Source: Tubiluchus corallicola | Lineage: Eukaryota; Animalia; Priapulida | Reading direction: 5' to 3' | Assembly: GCA_030141605.1 (NCBI GenBank) | Contig: JAQGDQ010000071.1 | Span: forward strand, 413,605 to 477,604 | Length of the DNA stretch: 64,000 nucleotides | In this document: positions 1 to 11,441 of the stretch, piece after piece | How positions within the stretch are numbered: the stretch's first letter is position 1 | Layout: each line of letters begins with the position of its first letter | Made by a program: the position numbers and the translations under genes | Notes under the pieces: generated by a model | What the model saw: the letters and a program-made list of their open reading frames with translations, nothing else | Databases searched by the model: none | What the model was told of the DNA's origin: nothing

Positions 1-95
1 TCCTGATTTTTTTGTATTTTTAATTTCAATGCCAAAAATGTTTGCTTGTTCATGTACATCATATCTATGTTAACTCGTCTTAAGAAACTGCTAAT

Positions 96-214
96 GTCTA
101 CGGCCATATCACATTGAATACACCGGTTCTCGTCTGATCACCGAAGTTAAGCAATGTAGAGCGTGGTTAGTACTTGGATGGGGGACCGCCTAGGAATACC
201 ACGTGCTGTAGACT
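96..214 (+). rRNA. 5S rRNA gene, array copy 1
   Basis: 119 nt GTCTACGGCCATATCAC...GAAGTTAAGC...TTAGTACTTGGATGGG...GTGCTGTAGACT. Termini pair (GTCTAC/GTAGAC), Box A and Box C are present, and a T-run Pol III terminator follows. Confidence 0.96.
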
Positions 215-553
215 TTTTAGCTAGTGACTATTAACTATCAAAGTGTGTGCACAACACGACCGTTTCATTTTGACAGTATTGTTTTTGATTTTTGGAAGTT
301 GAAGTGGTGAAAATAAATGTCTGTCTCGACATTATGTTGATTTTTTTTGCATTTTAATGTGAAAGACTATCTACTTGTTGCATTTCTCCAATATTATACA
401 AAGTAAGGAAAAATGAAAATAAAACTAGAAAATCAGCCACTGTCCTTCAAAAATGATTTTTGATTTTCATAAAAAATCAAAACAGATACTTTGTTACTAC
501 GTTCACCTTCATCTATCTATTATTTCTATATTATCTGTCTATAACAAAATGCA

Positions 554-605
554 GAAGTTAAGCAACCTCAAACCTGGTTTTGCGTTTGAATGGGTGACTG
601 CCCGG
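554..605 (+). pseudogene. Degenerate 3'-half 5S pseudogene in the spacer (also at about 1650-1704, 3975-4027, 4758-4814, 13830-13888, 14664-14735)
   Basis: GAAGTTAAGCAACCTC(A/G)AACCTGGTTTTGCGTTTGAATGGGTGACTGCCCGG aligns colinearly by eye with 5S nt ~48-100. Confidence 0.75.
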
Positions 606-918
606 TACTTACATTTTTCTAAATGATCAGGAAGGGTGATGACAAATGCTGTAAGATCTTTTTCACCACTCAAAAATGGATTTTTGTTCTGACAAATATT
701 TTTAAATGAAGAATCTTTTTGCTTGTTCATGCTTGATCATTCCCATGTTTAATTATGTCATATCTAGAAGGTAATATACTTAAGCACGGTATTCAACCTC
801 CCTGACATTTTATAATTTCATGTGATATTTCTGTTTATACTTTGCATTAAAATGCTAAAAAGGTTTACTTGTTCATGTACATCATTTCTATGTTAACTCA
901 TCTTAAGAAACTGTTAAT

Positions 919-1037
919 GTCTACTGCCATATCACATTGAAAACACCGGTTCTCGTCTGATCACCGAAGTTAAGCAATGTAAAGCGTGGTTAGTACTTGG
1001 ATGGGTGACCGCCTAGGAATACCACGTGCTGTAGACT
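919..1037 (+). rRNA. 5S rRNA gene, array copy 2
   Basis: Near-identical to copy 1, 823 bp downstream, with the same upstream flank and T-run terminator. Confidence 0.94.
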
Positions 1038-1202
1038 TTTTAGCTAGTGACTATTATCTATCGAAGTGTGTGCACAACACGACCGTTTCATTTTAACAGT
1101 ATTGTTTTTGATTTTTGGAAGTCGAAGTGGTGGGAATAAGTGTCTGTCTCGACATTATGTTGATTTTTATTTGCTTTGCATTTTAATGTCTAAAACTATC
1201 TA

Positions 1203-1450
1203 GTAGTAGTAGTAGTAGTAGTAGTAAAATCTTTATTCGCCATTATAAAACATTGACCATCATATTAAAAGACAGACAATCAGTGTTAGTCCATATAAAA
1301 AACATACACTGTTCTAGGCAAATGCGTCTGGTGCAAGCTAAACTATAAGTGCAACTAGAAATTCAAAAAATAAAATATAAACTAGTTTAGTAAGGTCTAG
1401 GAAAAATGAAATTATGATTTGAGTAAGTATCATCGTGTTCGTATGTCGGA
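1203..1450 (-). mobile_element. 5'-truncated non-LTR retroelement end inserted in a 5S spacer
   Basis: Absent from other spacers. The minus strand has AATAAA then a (CTA)n tail. Flanked by a 19-bp duplication TAATGTC(T/A)AAAACTATCTA at 1184-1202 and 1451-1469. Confidence 0.75.
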
Positions 1451-1813
1451 TAATGTCAAAAACTATCTATTTGCTACGTTTCTCGAATATTACACAATGT
1501 GAAGAAAAATGAAAATAAAACTAGAAAATCAGCCACTGCCCTTCAAAAATTATTTTTGATTTTCATAAAAAATCAAAACAGATACTTTGTTCCTACGTTC
1601 ACCTTAATCTATCTATTATTTCTATATTATCTCTTTTCAACGAAATACAGAAGTTAAGCAACCTGGAACCTGGTTTGGTTTTGTGTTTGAATGGGTGACT
1701 GCCCTTGGCTTACATTTTTTTAAATGGACGGGAAGGGTTCTGACAAAAGCTGTAAAATCTTCTTCAACACTCAAAAATGGATTTTTGTTCTGACAGATAT
1801 TTTTGTAAAACTA

Positions 1814-3866
1814 TGTCACGAAGATTTTGCATATTGTGTTTTTTTGTTCCACATGTGTGCGCCATTTTTGTTCCAGTGGCAAAATTCGATTTTATGCGTG
1901 ATAAACAATTTACAGTTTTAAATAAATCTTTTTGTATTAAATAATTGGAACTTATCCGTGATTGTATTTATATTTTGGTACGGAACTGCCGGGAAAAGAG
2001 ACCTTTAGATGAGTATGGCTGAGTGTGATAAAATTAAACACTCTAGAAGTAGATCCAAGGGTTGGGTGAAGACTGGCATAAAATTACTAAAAGAGGCGAT
2101 GTCTAGTGAAACGCCTAACTTTGTGTTTGTTCAGCAAAAATTAGAGAACCTTGGAAAATATATTGCCACCTTTAATGAAACAGAAGTGTAGTTAGAAGAT
2201 TATTTAGAAGGTGAAGAACTTGAACAAGCGATTATAGAGGCAAGTGAATTAATCAACACAGCGGAATTAATTTCTGCTCAGGCACTAAGTTTGCTAAAAC
2301 CAGATTCAAGACCATGTAGTCCTAGTGATTTCCAGCGACATGCAAGTGATAATGATTTTGTCTTGCGACGAGTGAATAACTGTGATTTAGCACGTAGTGA
2401 AAGTGCAGCGAATTTACCAACTAATAATGTAGTCGGTGCAGAAGTCACCAACATAAAACTACCTAAATTGCAACTGCCAACTTTCAGTGGTGACCCATTG
2501 AAGTTTTACGAATTTTGGGACATGTTCGTTGCCTCTGTGGATGCTAAACCTGTACCAGACGTTCATAAACTTGTTTACTTAAAGAGCTTACTTAAAGGTG
2601 AAGCTGCTCATGTGATAGATGGCCTGCAGCCTGTAGATGGCAATTATAAGGAAGCTGTTTCTTTGTTAAAGGAGAGATTTGGTGATAAAGACGCAATCGA
2701 GATGTCATTGTTAAAAAAACTGTGGCAGTTAAAGCCCATCACCGATTCGAAAAATATTGAAGCACAAGGAAGTTTTGTAGATGAGCTTGAAGTTGTTATA
2801 AGAGGCCTCAGTGCAATGGGACTTAGTACAGAAGAATTAGGTAAAACCCTAAAACCTCTCTTTCTAGCAAAAATTCCATATGCTTGGCGTGTTGAATGGG
2901 AGTGAATGAGAAGGCGTGAAGATGACAGCGTGAAGATGACACAACATGCTTTGAAAAATTTCGACAGTTCATGAAAAGCGAAGTTGATATTAGACGAAAG
3001 GCTGCTTCATATACTCGCCATAGAGAGTCTGGTGAATTTAGTCGTCGTGCTGGGTATAAGAATTTAGGTGTGAGGAGCACCCTAGATTCAGTTTCTCTTC
3101 TTCAGTCTAGTGATTTTTGTGGAAACACCAAAAATGCGCCTACAGCTTCAAAGAATTCCCATTGTTTATTTTGTGGCAGAGCTCAACATATGTGGCTTGA
3201 TTGTGCGTCTCTTCCTACTAAGACTTTGCAAGAGCGAAAACAGAAGGTTGCTGAGCAGCACCGTTGTTTTTTGTGTCTTGGTTTAAACCACAGAGCTGAT
3301 ACTTGCCGTAAACCTCCATGCAACCGATGTAGTAAATGGCATCATTATTTATTGTGCAATTCAATTGCTGGCTGCTTCCAGGTGAGTCCTTATGTTAAAA
3401 GAGGTTCAAATACTTCTGATGCAAGTGTTGATGTTCCATCAGTTCATTTACAGTCTTTTTGTACGAATGTTGTGTTCTTAATGACTGCGACTGCTGTTTT
3501 GGAAGATACCAAATCGTCAATTCCTATTCGTGTTTTTATAAATCCTGGTGCCACTACCTCTCTTATTTTGTGTGATGTTGCAGAGCGAGCAGGTTGCGAA
3601 ATTATAGGCGAGCGTAATCTTTCGTTAGCTATTATGGGTGGACTTAGCACACCGCAACAGAAATGCCACATTGTTCGTGCTAAACTTCGAACAAATACAG
3701 GAAAAATTGTGACCTTTAATGCCACCACCCAAGATAAACTAGTGAGACCCTTTCCGGCATGTTCTGAGGGTGATTGGTTAGGAGACTTAAAGGGCATGAT
3801 CCTAGGTGACCCAGAGATTCTTTGTGGCAATCCACGAGAAATTCATCTACTGGTTGGTATCCCCCA
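1814..3866 (+). mobile_element. Decayed BEL/Pao LTR retrotransposon, 5' part (LTR-like leader, gag, protease)
   Basis: KLPKLQLPTFSGDPLKFYEFWDMF (DUF1759-type gag), three Cys/His knuckles ending CNRCSKWHHYLLC, and protease-like VFINPGATTS with the catalytic Asp replaced by Asn. In-frame stops at 2189 and 2903. TG start, AATAAA and PBS-like TGGTACGG...GCCGGGA near 1976. No pol or 3' LTR. Confidence 0.88.
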
Positions 3867-4202
3867 AAGATGATTTTTGATTTTTATAAAAAAAAATCAA
3901 AACAGTTTACCTTGTTCTTGTGTTTCGCTTAATCTATCCATTATTTCTACGTTATCTGTCTGTAACAAAATGCAGAAGTTGAGCAACCTCGAACCTGGTT
4001 TTGCGTTTGAATGGGTGACTGCCCAGGACTTGTAAATTATGTCATATTTAAAAGGCAATATACTTGAGCACGGTATTTCCACCTCCCTGATACTTTACAA
4101 TTTCATGTGATATTTTTATTTATACTTTGCATTACAATACTAGAAATATTTGCTGTTCATGTACATCATTTCTATGTTAACTCGTCTTAAGAAACTGCTA
4201 AT

Positions 4203-4321
4203 GTCTACGGCCATATCACATTGAATACACCGGTTCTCGTCTGATCACCGAAGTTAAGCAATGTAGAGCGTGGTTAGTACTTGGATGGGTGACCGCCTAG
4301 GAATACCACGTGCTGTAGTCT
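4203..4321 (+). rRNA. 5S rRNA gene, array copy 3
   Basis: Full-length match to copy 1 with T-run terminator; one substitution in the 3' stem (GTAGTC). Confidence 0.93.
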
Positions 4322-5160
4322 TTTTAGTGATTGACAATTATCTAGCGAAGTGTGTGCACAACACGAACACTTTAGATTGTCTTTGATTTTTGGAAGTTGA
4401 AGTGGTGGAAATAAATGTCTGTCTCGACCTTACGTTGATTTTTATTTTTTTGCATTTTAATGTGAAAAACTATCTATTTGTTACGTTTCTCGAATGTTAC
4501 ACAAGGTAAGGAAAAATGAAAATAAACTAGAAAATCAGCCACTGCCCTTCAAAAATGATTTTTGATTTTCATAAAAAATCAAAACAGGTACTTTGTTATG
4601 CTTGGAAATCGTAGTAATCGTAGTATGCGTAGAAAATCAGCCACTGCCCTTCAAAACTGATTTTTGATTTTCATAAAAAATCAAAACAGGTACTTTGTTA
4701 CTACGTTCACCGTAATCTATCTACTGTTTCTATATTATCTCTTTTTAACGAAATGCAGAAGTTAAGCAACCTCGAACCTGGTTTGGTTTTGCGTTTGAAT
4801 GGGTGACTGCCCGGCGACTGCTGATGCTGGTAACTTCTTAACTTGGTGCTTAGACTTTTTTAAATGGTCAGGAAGGGTGATGAAAAATGCTGTAAGATCT
4901 TCTTCACCACTCAAAAATGGATTTTTGTTCTGACAAATATTTTTAAATGAAGAATATTTTTGCTTGTTCATGCTTGATCATTCTCATGTTTAATTATGTC
5001 ATATTTAGAAGGTAATATACTTGAGCTCGGTATTTCAACCTCCCTGATACTTTATAATTTCATGTTATATTTTTATTTATACTTTGCATTACAATACTAA
5101 AAAGGTTTGCTTGTTCATGTACATCATTTCTATGTTAACTCGTCTTAAGAAACTCCTAAT

Positions 5161-5225
5161 GTCTACGGCCATATCACATTGAATACACCAGTAATCGTCT
5201 GATCACCGAAGTTAAGCAATGTAGA
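5161..5225 (+). pseudogene. Truncated 5S rRNA copy (5' ~65 nt)
   Basis: GTCTACGGCC...GAAGTTAAGCAATGTAGA, then an abrupt switch to satellite; Box C is missing. Confidence 0.9.
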
Positions 5226-5996
5226 CTATTGTCTACAGTGCACTCTTGTCTACAGTGCACTCTTGTCTACTGTGCACTATTGTCTACAGTGCACCCTTGT
5301 CTACAGTGTACTCTTGTCTACAGTGCACTATTGTCTACAGTGCACTATTGTCTACAGTGCACTCTTGTCTACTGTGCACTCTTGTCTACTGTGCACTATT
5401 GTCTACAGTGCACTATTGTCTACTGTGCACTATTGTCTACAGTGCACTCTTGTCTACTGTGCACTCTTGTCTACTGTGCACTATTGTCTACTGTGCACTA
5501 TTGTCTACTGTGCACTATTGTCTACAGTGCACTCTTGTCTACTGTGCACTCTTGTCTACTGTGCACTATTGTCTACTGTGCACTATTGTCTACAGTGAAC
5601 TCTTGTCTACTGTGCACTATTGTCTACAGTGCACTCTTGTCTACTGTGCACTCTTGTCTACTGTGCACTATTGTCTACTGTGCACTATTGTCTACAGTGA
5701 ACTCTTGTCTACTGTGCACTATTGTCTACCGTGCACTATTGTCTACCATGCACTATTGTCTACTGTGCACTATTGTCTACTGTGCACTCTTGTCTACAGT
5801 GAACTCTTGTCTACTGTGCACTATTGTCTACAGTGCACTCTTGTCTACTGTGCACTCTTGTCTACTGTGCACTATTGTCTACTGTGCACTATTGTCTACA
5901 GTGAACTCTTGTCTACTGTGCACTATTGTCTACCGTGCACTATTGTCTACCGTGCACTATTGTCTACAGTGCACTATTGTCTACTGTGCACTATTG
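5226..5996. repeat. 17-bp minisatellite CT(A/C)TTGTCTAC(A/T)GTGCA, about 45 copies
   Basis: Direct tandem repetition visible; it accounts for the repetitive ORFs at 5229-6026. Confidence 0.97.
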
Positions 5997-7491
5997 AGCT
6001 TTAAAACCAAGACTTCGTATACTTAAAAGTAAAAGGTCATTTACTGCCATTGTCAGCAAAAACAATGGAGAAAAATCGTGGCATGGATTTTTTGCAAAAA
6101 ATTACGGATTCATGCAACCAAAGTCCACTGCAAGATGCTGCAGACTTCGACGAATTATCAGCAGCTCAGAAAATTACACAGAAAAAAGCTTAGAATCAAT
6201 GCGATTAGCTGCATTAAAGACCTTCGGTTACACCAAGAGACTTAGCTAATTAACTTCAGTAATTGCTATAATGTAGTTGCTTTGTGACATATGCTGTGAT
6301 TACAATCCCACATATTCGCCTGTTTTTCCATTACTTCCTTGTATAATTGTTGTCTGATAAACAGTTTCTCTGTCTGTTCTTTGTTCTCTGCTTGATTGGT
6401 TGGTTGGGTGGCATACTAGCTGTCAGACATTGGTTGATTGGTTGTTTGGTGAGTAAGTCGGTTGTTCAGACAACCGATTGGTTGGTTGACTGATTGAGAA
6501 GTAGGTGTAGTTCTGAATGTGCTTGTCGTGTTGTACACTGGATGCATGTCTCCTAGCTTGCTTACTTGGAAAGCTTTTTAGGTGCTTTGCAGAGTAGTGA
6601 GTTGATTGTGTGTTTTCTTTTATTTGACTGATTAATTTTCAAGTTTAATTTGTTTCCATGACACTTTCGCGTTAACTGTATTTTGCCGCTTGATATTGTT
6701 GGGATATTTCTCAGATATAAGGCATTACATGTGTTCCATTAATGTAATTAGTCAATTGTGTTCGTGATTTCGCTCTTTGTCCCTTGTATAGCTGTTTTCC
6801 ATGTAACAGATTTCTGTGTATTATCTGGTCTTCAATATAAAAATCATGTACGTCTTTATGTTATTACTTTGTAAGCTTTGTACCTTTACTAAATTTAGCT
6901 GCTTATGTTTGCATTTGCATACAAACCTTAGTTCACATTTTTATAGTTATTTGTGCTATTTGTACTTTACTTTTCATTAATTTCTATTAACTGTAGAACT
7001 TATTGTTAATATATTATAATGTTAATATAATATAACAATTATCATATTGACAATTTTGCTGTTCTTTTTTACAAAAATTTATTTCTCACAAAGAAGAGTT
7101 TCAGAATTATACACAACCGATTTAGATTTCTATTTTTAACGTCTCATGATAAACGTGCAGCGATTAACTTTTAATTTATTTTCTTTGTATGGAGAATCCT
7201 CAAAACGACTCGAATCGAAACAAGGGAATATTTTACCTTCACATACAGATATAGTAAAGATAACTTAGACTAGCATTTACATCTTTTACATTAGAAAAAC
7301 ATTGAAAAGGCAGTCTGAAATATAACAGCTACAAGTGGATCTGAAACAAACGTGGATATATCAAGGAGAAGTGGATCTACGTCAAGCACGGATGGACTCC
7401 GGATCTGTTGAAGAACTATTCTACTGTCCATAACTGTAGAAGTATTGTAAAAAGAATGTTCAATCTATGTTCAACTTGGGAATCACAGGAT

Positions 7492-8443
7492 TTACCAGAA
7501 ACCACCACCGTATCCACGGCCATAAGATACACGTCCGTAGCCACCAAGTCCACCGTATCCACGTCCGTAGTAACCACGGCCATATCCACCATATCCACCA
7601 AATCCACCATATCCACGTCCGTAGTAACCACCGCCATATCCACCAAATCCACCGTATCCACTTCCATATCCGTAACCTAATCCACGTCCATAGCCAAGGC
7701 CACGTCCATAGCCCAAGCCTCGTCCGTAGCTGCCACCATAAAATCCGCTGGCACTGACTACAGCAACCTACAAATGTATTATCAATGAAACTGTTGTACA
7801 AATGAACTTATCAATGAAACTGTTGTACACGTGAACTTATCAATGAAACTGTTGTACAAATGAACTATCAATGAAACTGTTGTACAAATGAACTATCAAT
7901 GAAACTGTTGTACAAATGTACTTATCAATGAAACTGTTGTACAAATAAACTTATCAATGAAACTGTTGTACAAATGTACTTATCAATGAAACTGTTGTAC
8001 AAATAAACTTATCAATGAAACTGTTGTACAAATGAACTATCAATGAAACTGTTGTACAAATGTACTTATCAATGAAACTGTTGTACAAATGAACTTATCA
8101 ATGAAACTGTTGTACAAATGAACTTATCAATGAAACTGTTGTACAAATGTATTATCAATGAAACTGTTATACAAATAAAAACTTCTTGTTCTTTTAACTT
8201 CTTTTGTCTCCAAATGTAATTAAATAGTTTGACTGAAATGTTGTTGGCTAACACAAACCAATGCCAAGTACATGTGTCGACGTACTTTGATTGATGCAGT
8301 AAAGGCTACGTTGTATTAAATAGAAACGTGAATGTAAATTAACTAGGTGTGGTACTCGAACATGAACAATTGGCTAAATTGTGAAATTCCGTCCATAGAC
8401 GACTTACCAAAACGGCAAGGAGGAAAGCTAGAGTGATCTTCAT
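7492..8443 (-). CDS. Secreted Gly/Tyr/Arg-rich structural-type protein, 103 aa, two coding exons (8443-8408, 7767-7492)
   Basis: Exon MKITLAFLLAVL|GTAAGT splices in frame to TAG|VAVVSASGFYGGSYGRGLGYGRG...GYGGGFW*, giving a signal peptide followed by GYG(R/G)G repeats. An acceptor lies just before the ATG, and a candidate non-coding first exon has a donor near 9279. Confidence 0.85.
7769..8178. repeat. 29-30 bp minisatellite TACAAATG(A/T)ACTTATCAATGAAACTGTTG, about 14 copies, intronic
   Basis: Tandem copies directly abutting the acceptor of the Gly/Tyr gene's last exon. Confidence 0.95.
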
Positions 8444-9355
8444 TTTCCTAACAAGAAAAAATATTTAATTAACAAACTAGAACTTGAATGGGCATTCGAT
8501 AAAAAATCAATAATTGTCATTTTCCAAATTATTTTAGCATAAAACTGACAATGCTCTAATGATCAATGTTGTTTGGTGAAGAGACTGCAATCAAAAGTGA
8601 TGAAAACTCACCTAATGCTGATCAAGGGTTAAATAAAGTGTTTGATACATGTATTAGTACAACATGTATTATACTAAATTTCGCAAAAAAGAAGACAATT
8701 AGTCAGTTTGTGCTAAATTTCTTTGGTAGCCAAAGTTAAGCAGTCGCAAAAAGACTGTGAAGCATCAATGAACGCCTGGATTAAGTTTAGATTATGCCGG
8801 TTTAGTAGCGGAAACCGTTTAAAACAGAATTTTGATACGTTCAATATTTTGATGGCTTAGAGGTAAACGTATTATGTAAAATTTGCAATAAATTAAGACA
8901 TTTGTGCTAAATTTCCTTCTTAGCAAAAATTAAACAAACTCGAAAAGCTAAAAGAGACAAAAACGGGGATAGGTATGTACATTTTACGTTTTCAAACAGT
9001 TTCCCTTACTGACTCGTACGTTTCAAAATGTAAAATAATTTCGTCTCAATCTTGCTACTCCTATATTGTAGATAAAGTTTGTCGTAAATGTTAAGATAAA
9101 ACGAAACATCTTGTAAGTTTACTCTTCAAAAAATACCACTGAATGTATTACCAAGAAATCTTTCAAACATTTTAAAAAAAGTTGCCGTTTGTAACGATAA
9201 AAAACGCAGTTCGTAAGATGACTAGGTCATATACTAAAACTTCAAAATGCTTACTTTAGTAATAGTAAAAAATACTTACAATTATAAGTTGAGTTGAGAT
9301 TCGTGTGGTACCACAGACGACAGGCGTATGGTAGCAACACCGGTCTCATCACGCC

Positions 9356-9362
9356 TTAAATA
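9356..9362 (-). promoter_or_regulatory. Candidate TATA box (TATTTAA) of the Gly/Tyr-rich gene
   Basis: About 80 nt upstream of a GTAAGT donor at ~9279, which fits a short untranslated first exon; inference only. Confidence 0.4.
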
Positions 9363-9769
9363 CTTCCATCGGCTGGTGACCATGAGAGTCAAGCTCTTAA
9401 TCACAGATACCTGAAGTCAGCAGCAGCAGTAGCAGCCGGATTTTTAACGAACAACCTTCTGTCACCCATCAAAATAAAAGTGTTGTTTTCTGTCCTGAGA
9501 GACCGCGCATGTAATTTAAAGCCCTAGCAAGGCAGTTACTGAATATGAAACAAACAGAAAAACAATGACGTCTCTGTGCATTACCAGTGTAAATTAACGT
9601 TAGTGGAAGGTTGGAAAAACGCCTTTTATTTGAATGCATGTGTTTTGTTGATACTGATAATTATTTTCCCTAAAAAAACTTGAAGGGTACAGGGGGTAAG
9701 TGATTTGTAGTTAATTGTGCTCAACAGAAAATTGGAGACATAGTTTAGACAACAAGCAATACATTTTAG

Positions 9770-10860
9770 CGGCATTTTTGGATTTAAGTAAAGCATTCGA
9801 TAGCATTAACGCTCGAACTACTTTACGATAACTTAAAACAAATCAGATTTTATTCGATATCGTTAAAACTGATAGAAAATCATCTCAAAGATGGACAAGA
9901 ACGAGTAATGATACAACCAACTTTTCTGACTGGGCAACGTTAAACAGACGTATACCGCAAGGAACACTACTACTTTATTATTTTGCCTATATATAAACAA
10001 CATATCCAGTGTATTACAACACTCACAAATAACGCTGATGACACTACAATCTACATAGCCCATGAAAATATCCAAACTGCAAAAATTTATTTAGAAAAAG
10101 ATATAAAAAATATAAATACGGCATTTAGTCATTACAAGCTAAATATGAATAATGACAAAACATAAACCATGATACTGTCACCCTCATTAAATACTAATGA
10201 TGCATCATCAACCACTTTGACAATAGATAATGCTGTAATCAAACAAACTAATAATGATAAATTTCTGGGCATACAGGTAGACAATAATCTTTCACGGGAT
10301 GACACTTTAATAACATATACACAAAAATGGCATCAAGCACATCATATCTCCGACAAGTTAAAGGGCAGCTAATAAAGGAAACTAAGTCACTAATATATAA
10401 AACTTTAGTTCTACCACACTTCTTATATGGATGTACGCTACTTCAAAAAACCAAAAGAGAAAATTACTTAAAATTAAATCTCCTTCAGAACTATGTGTTG
10501 AGATTAATAGCTGGGTACTCATACAAACGTAAGGCAGGTAGACAAAAATTTAAAGCTTCAACAACTAACCTGAGAAAAACGTAAAAATTCCCAATCATTG
10601 AAGCACACAAAGAATATTTTACTCTGCTTTTTACATTTAAATACATTAACAACATCAGCAAACCATTCCGGAATAACAGATTTACCTTTTTTCCAAGTCT
10701 AATCGTTAATTCCAGAACAAGCAATCTAAAACAAATTAGGACAAATACCCACTATGGAACGAACTCTGTAATCAAACAAGCAATTCTACTTTGGAATTCT
10801 CTACCATTACAGGTTAAACAAATCAAGTCCCTATCAGCATTTAAAACAAAATTAAAATAA
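9770..10860 (+). mobile_element. Decayed LINE ORF2 reverse transcriptase fragment (CR1/L2-group-like)
   Basis: Frameshifted motifs FLDLSKAFDSI, PQG, ADDTTIY, KFLGIQVDNNLS, IYKTLVLPHFLYG and WNSLP...SLSAFKTKLK. Confidence 0.85.
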
Positions 10861-11090
10861 CTAATATTAACCTAATATGAAATATCATCACACCAGTACG
10901 ACAACATACACACTAATTCAGAATTTATATATCCACGGCCATATTAATTAAATCATACTTTTTTCGTTTTTTGTTCATAGTTGTAAATATGCTTGATTTT
11001 ATTCGTCATTACTGCACAGTAAGTTTAGCAGTGTAAGTTTTTATTAACTAACACTGATTGATCATCTCTGTAAAGTTACTCTTACTTTAC

Positions 11091-11208
11091 CTCACTCACT
11101 CACTCACTCACTCACTCACTCACTCACTCACTCACTCACTCACTCACTCACTCACTCACTCACTCACTCACTCACTCACTCACTCACTCACTCACTCACT
11201 CACTCACT
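11091..11208. repeat. (CTCA)n microsatellite
   Basis: Perfect tetranucleotide run forming the 3' flank of the inverted 5S-derived dimer. Confidence 0.97.
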
Positions 11209-11212
11209 TACT

Positions 11213-11441
11213 CCTGCAGCACCTGGTATTCCTTGTTGGTCCCCCATCCAAGTACTAACCCCCCTCTTCGTTGCTTAACTTCGGTGATCAGAAGAGAACC
11301 GGTGTCTTCAACGTGATTTGAACCTAGTATTCCTTGTCGGTCACCCATCCAAGTACTAACCCGCCTCTTCGTTGCTTAACTTCGGTGATCAGACGAGAAC
11401 CCTTGTCATCAACCTGTTTTGAACAACCGGTATTTTCAACG
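11213..11441 (-). pseudogene. Inverted head-to-tail 5S-derived copies of a second sequence type (11213-11320, 11322-11420, plus a fragment)
   Basis: Reverse complement reads CAAATCACGTTGAAGACACCGGTTCTC...GAAGTTAAGCAACGAAGAG...TTAGTACTTGGATGGG...GGAATACCAGGTGCTGCAGG; no T-run terminator. Confidence 0.88.

Noticed and set aside
225-330. Possible spliced-leader RNA or snRNA linked to 5S (Sm-like GATTTTTGG)
   Set aside because: No convincing leader donor or stem-loops seen and the region is T-rich. An Infernal search would be needed; not supported by eye.
539-730. Recurrent MNKQK... ORFs (also 4762, 13817)
   Set aside because: Antisense reading of the repeated 5S spacer; frames differ between copies.
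5229-6026. Long Cys-rich ORFs
   Set aside because: Translations of the 17-bp satellite, which is open in several frames.
7467-7757. His-rich and Thr/Ser-rich plus-strand ORFs
   Set aside because: Antisense shadows of the Gly/Tyr gene, which has the signal peptide and splice support.
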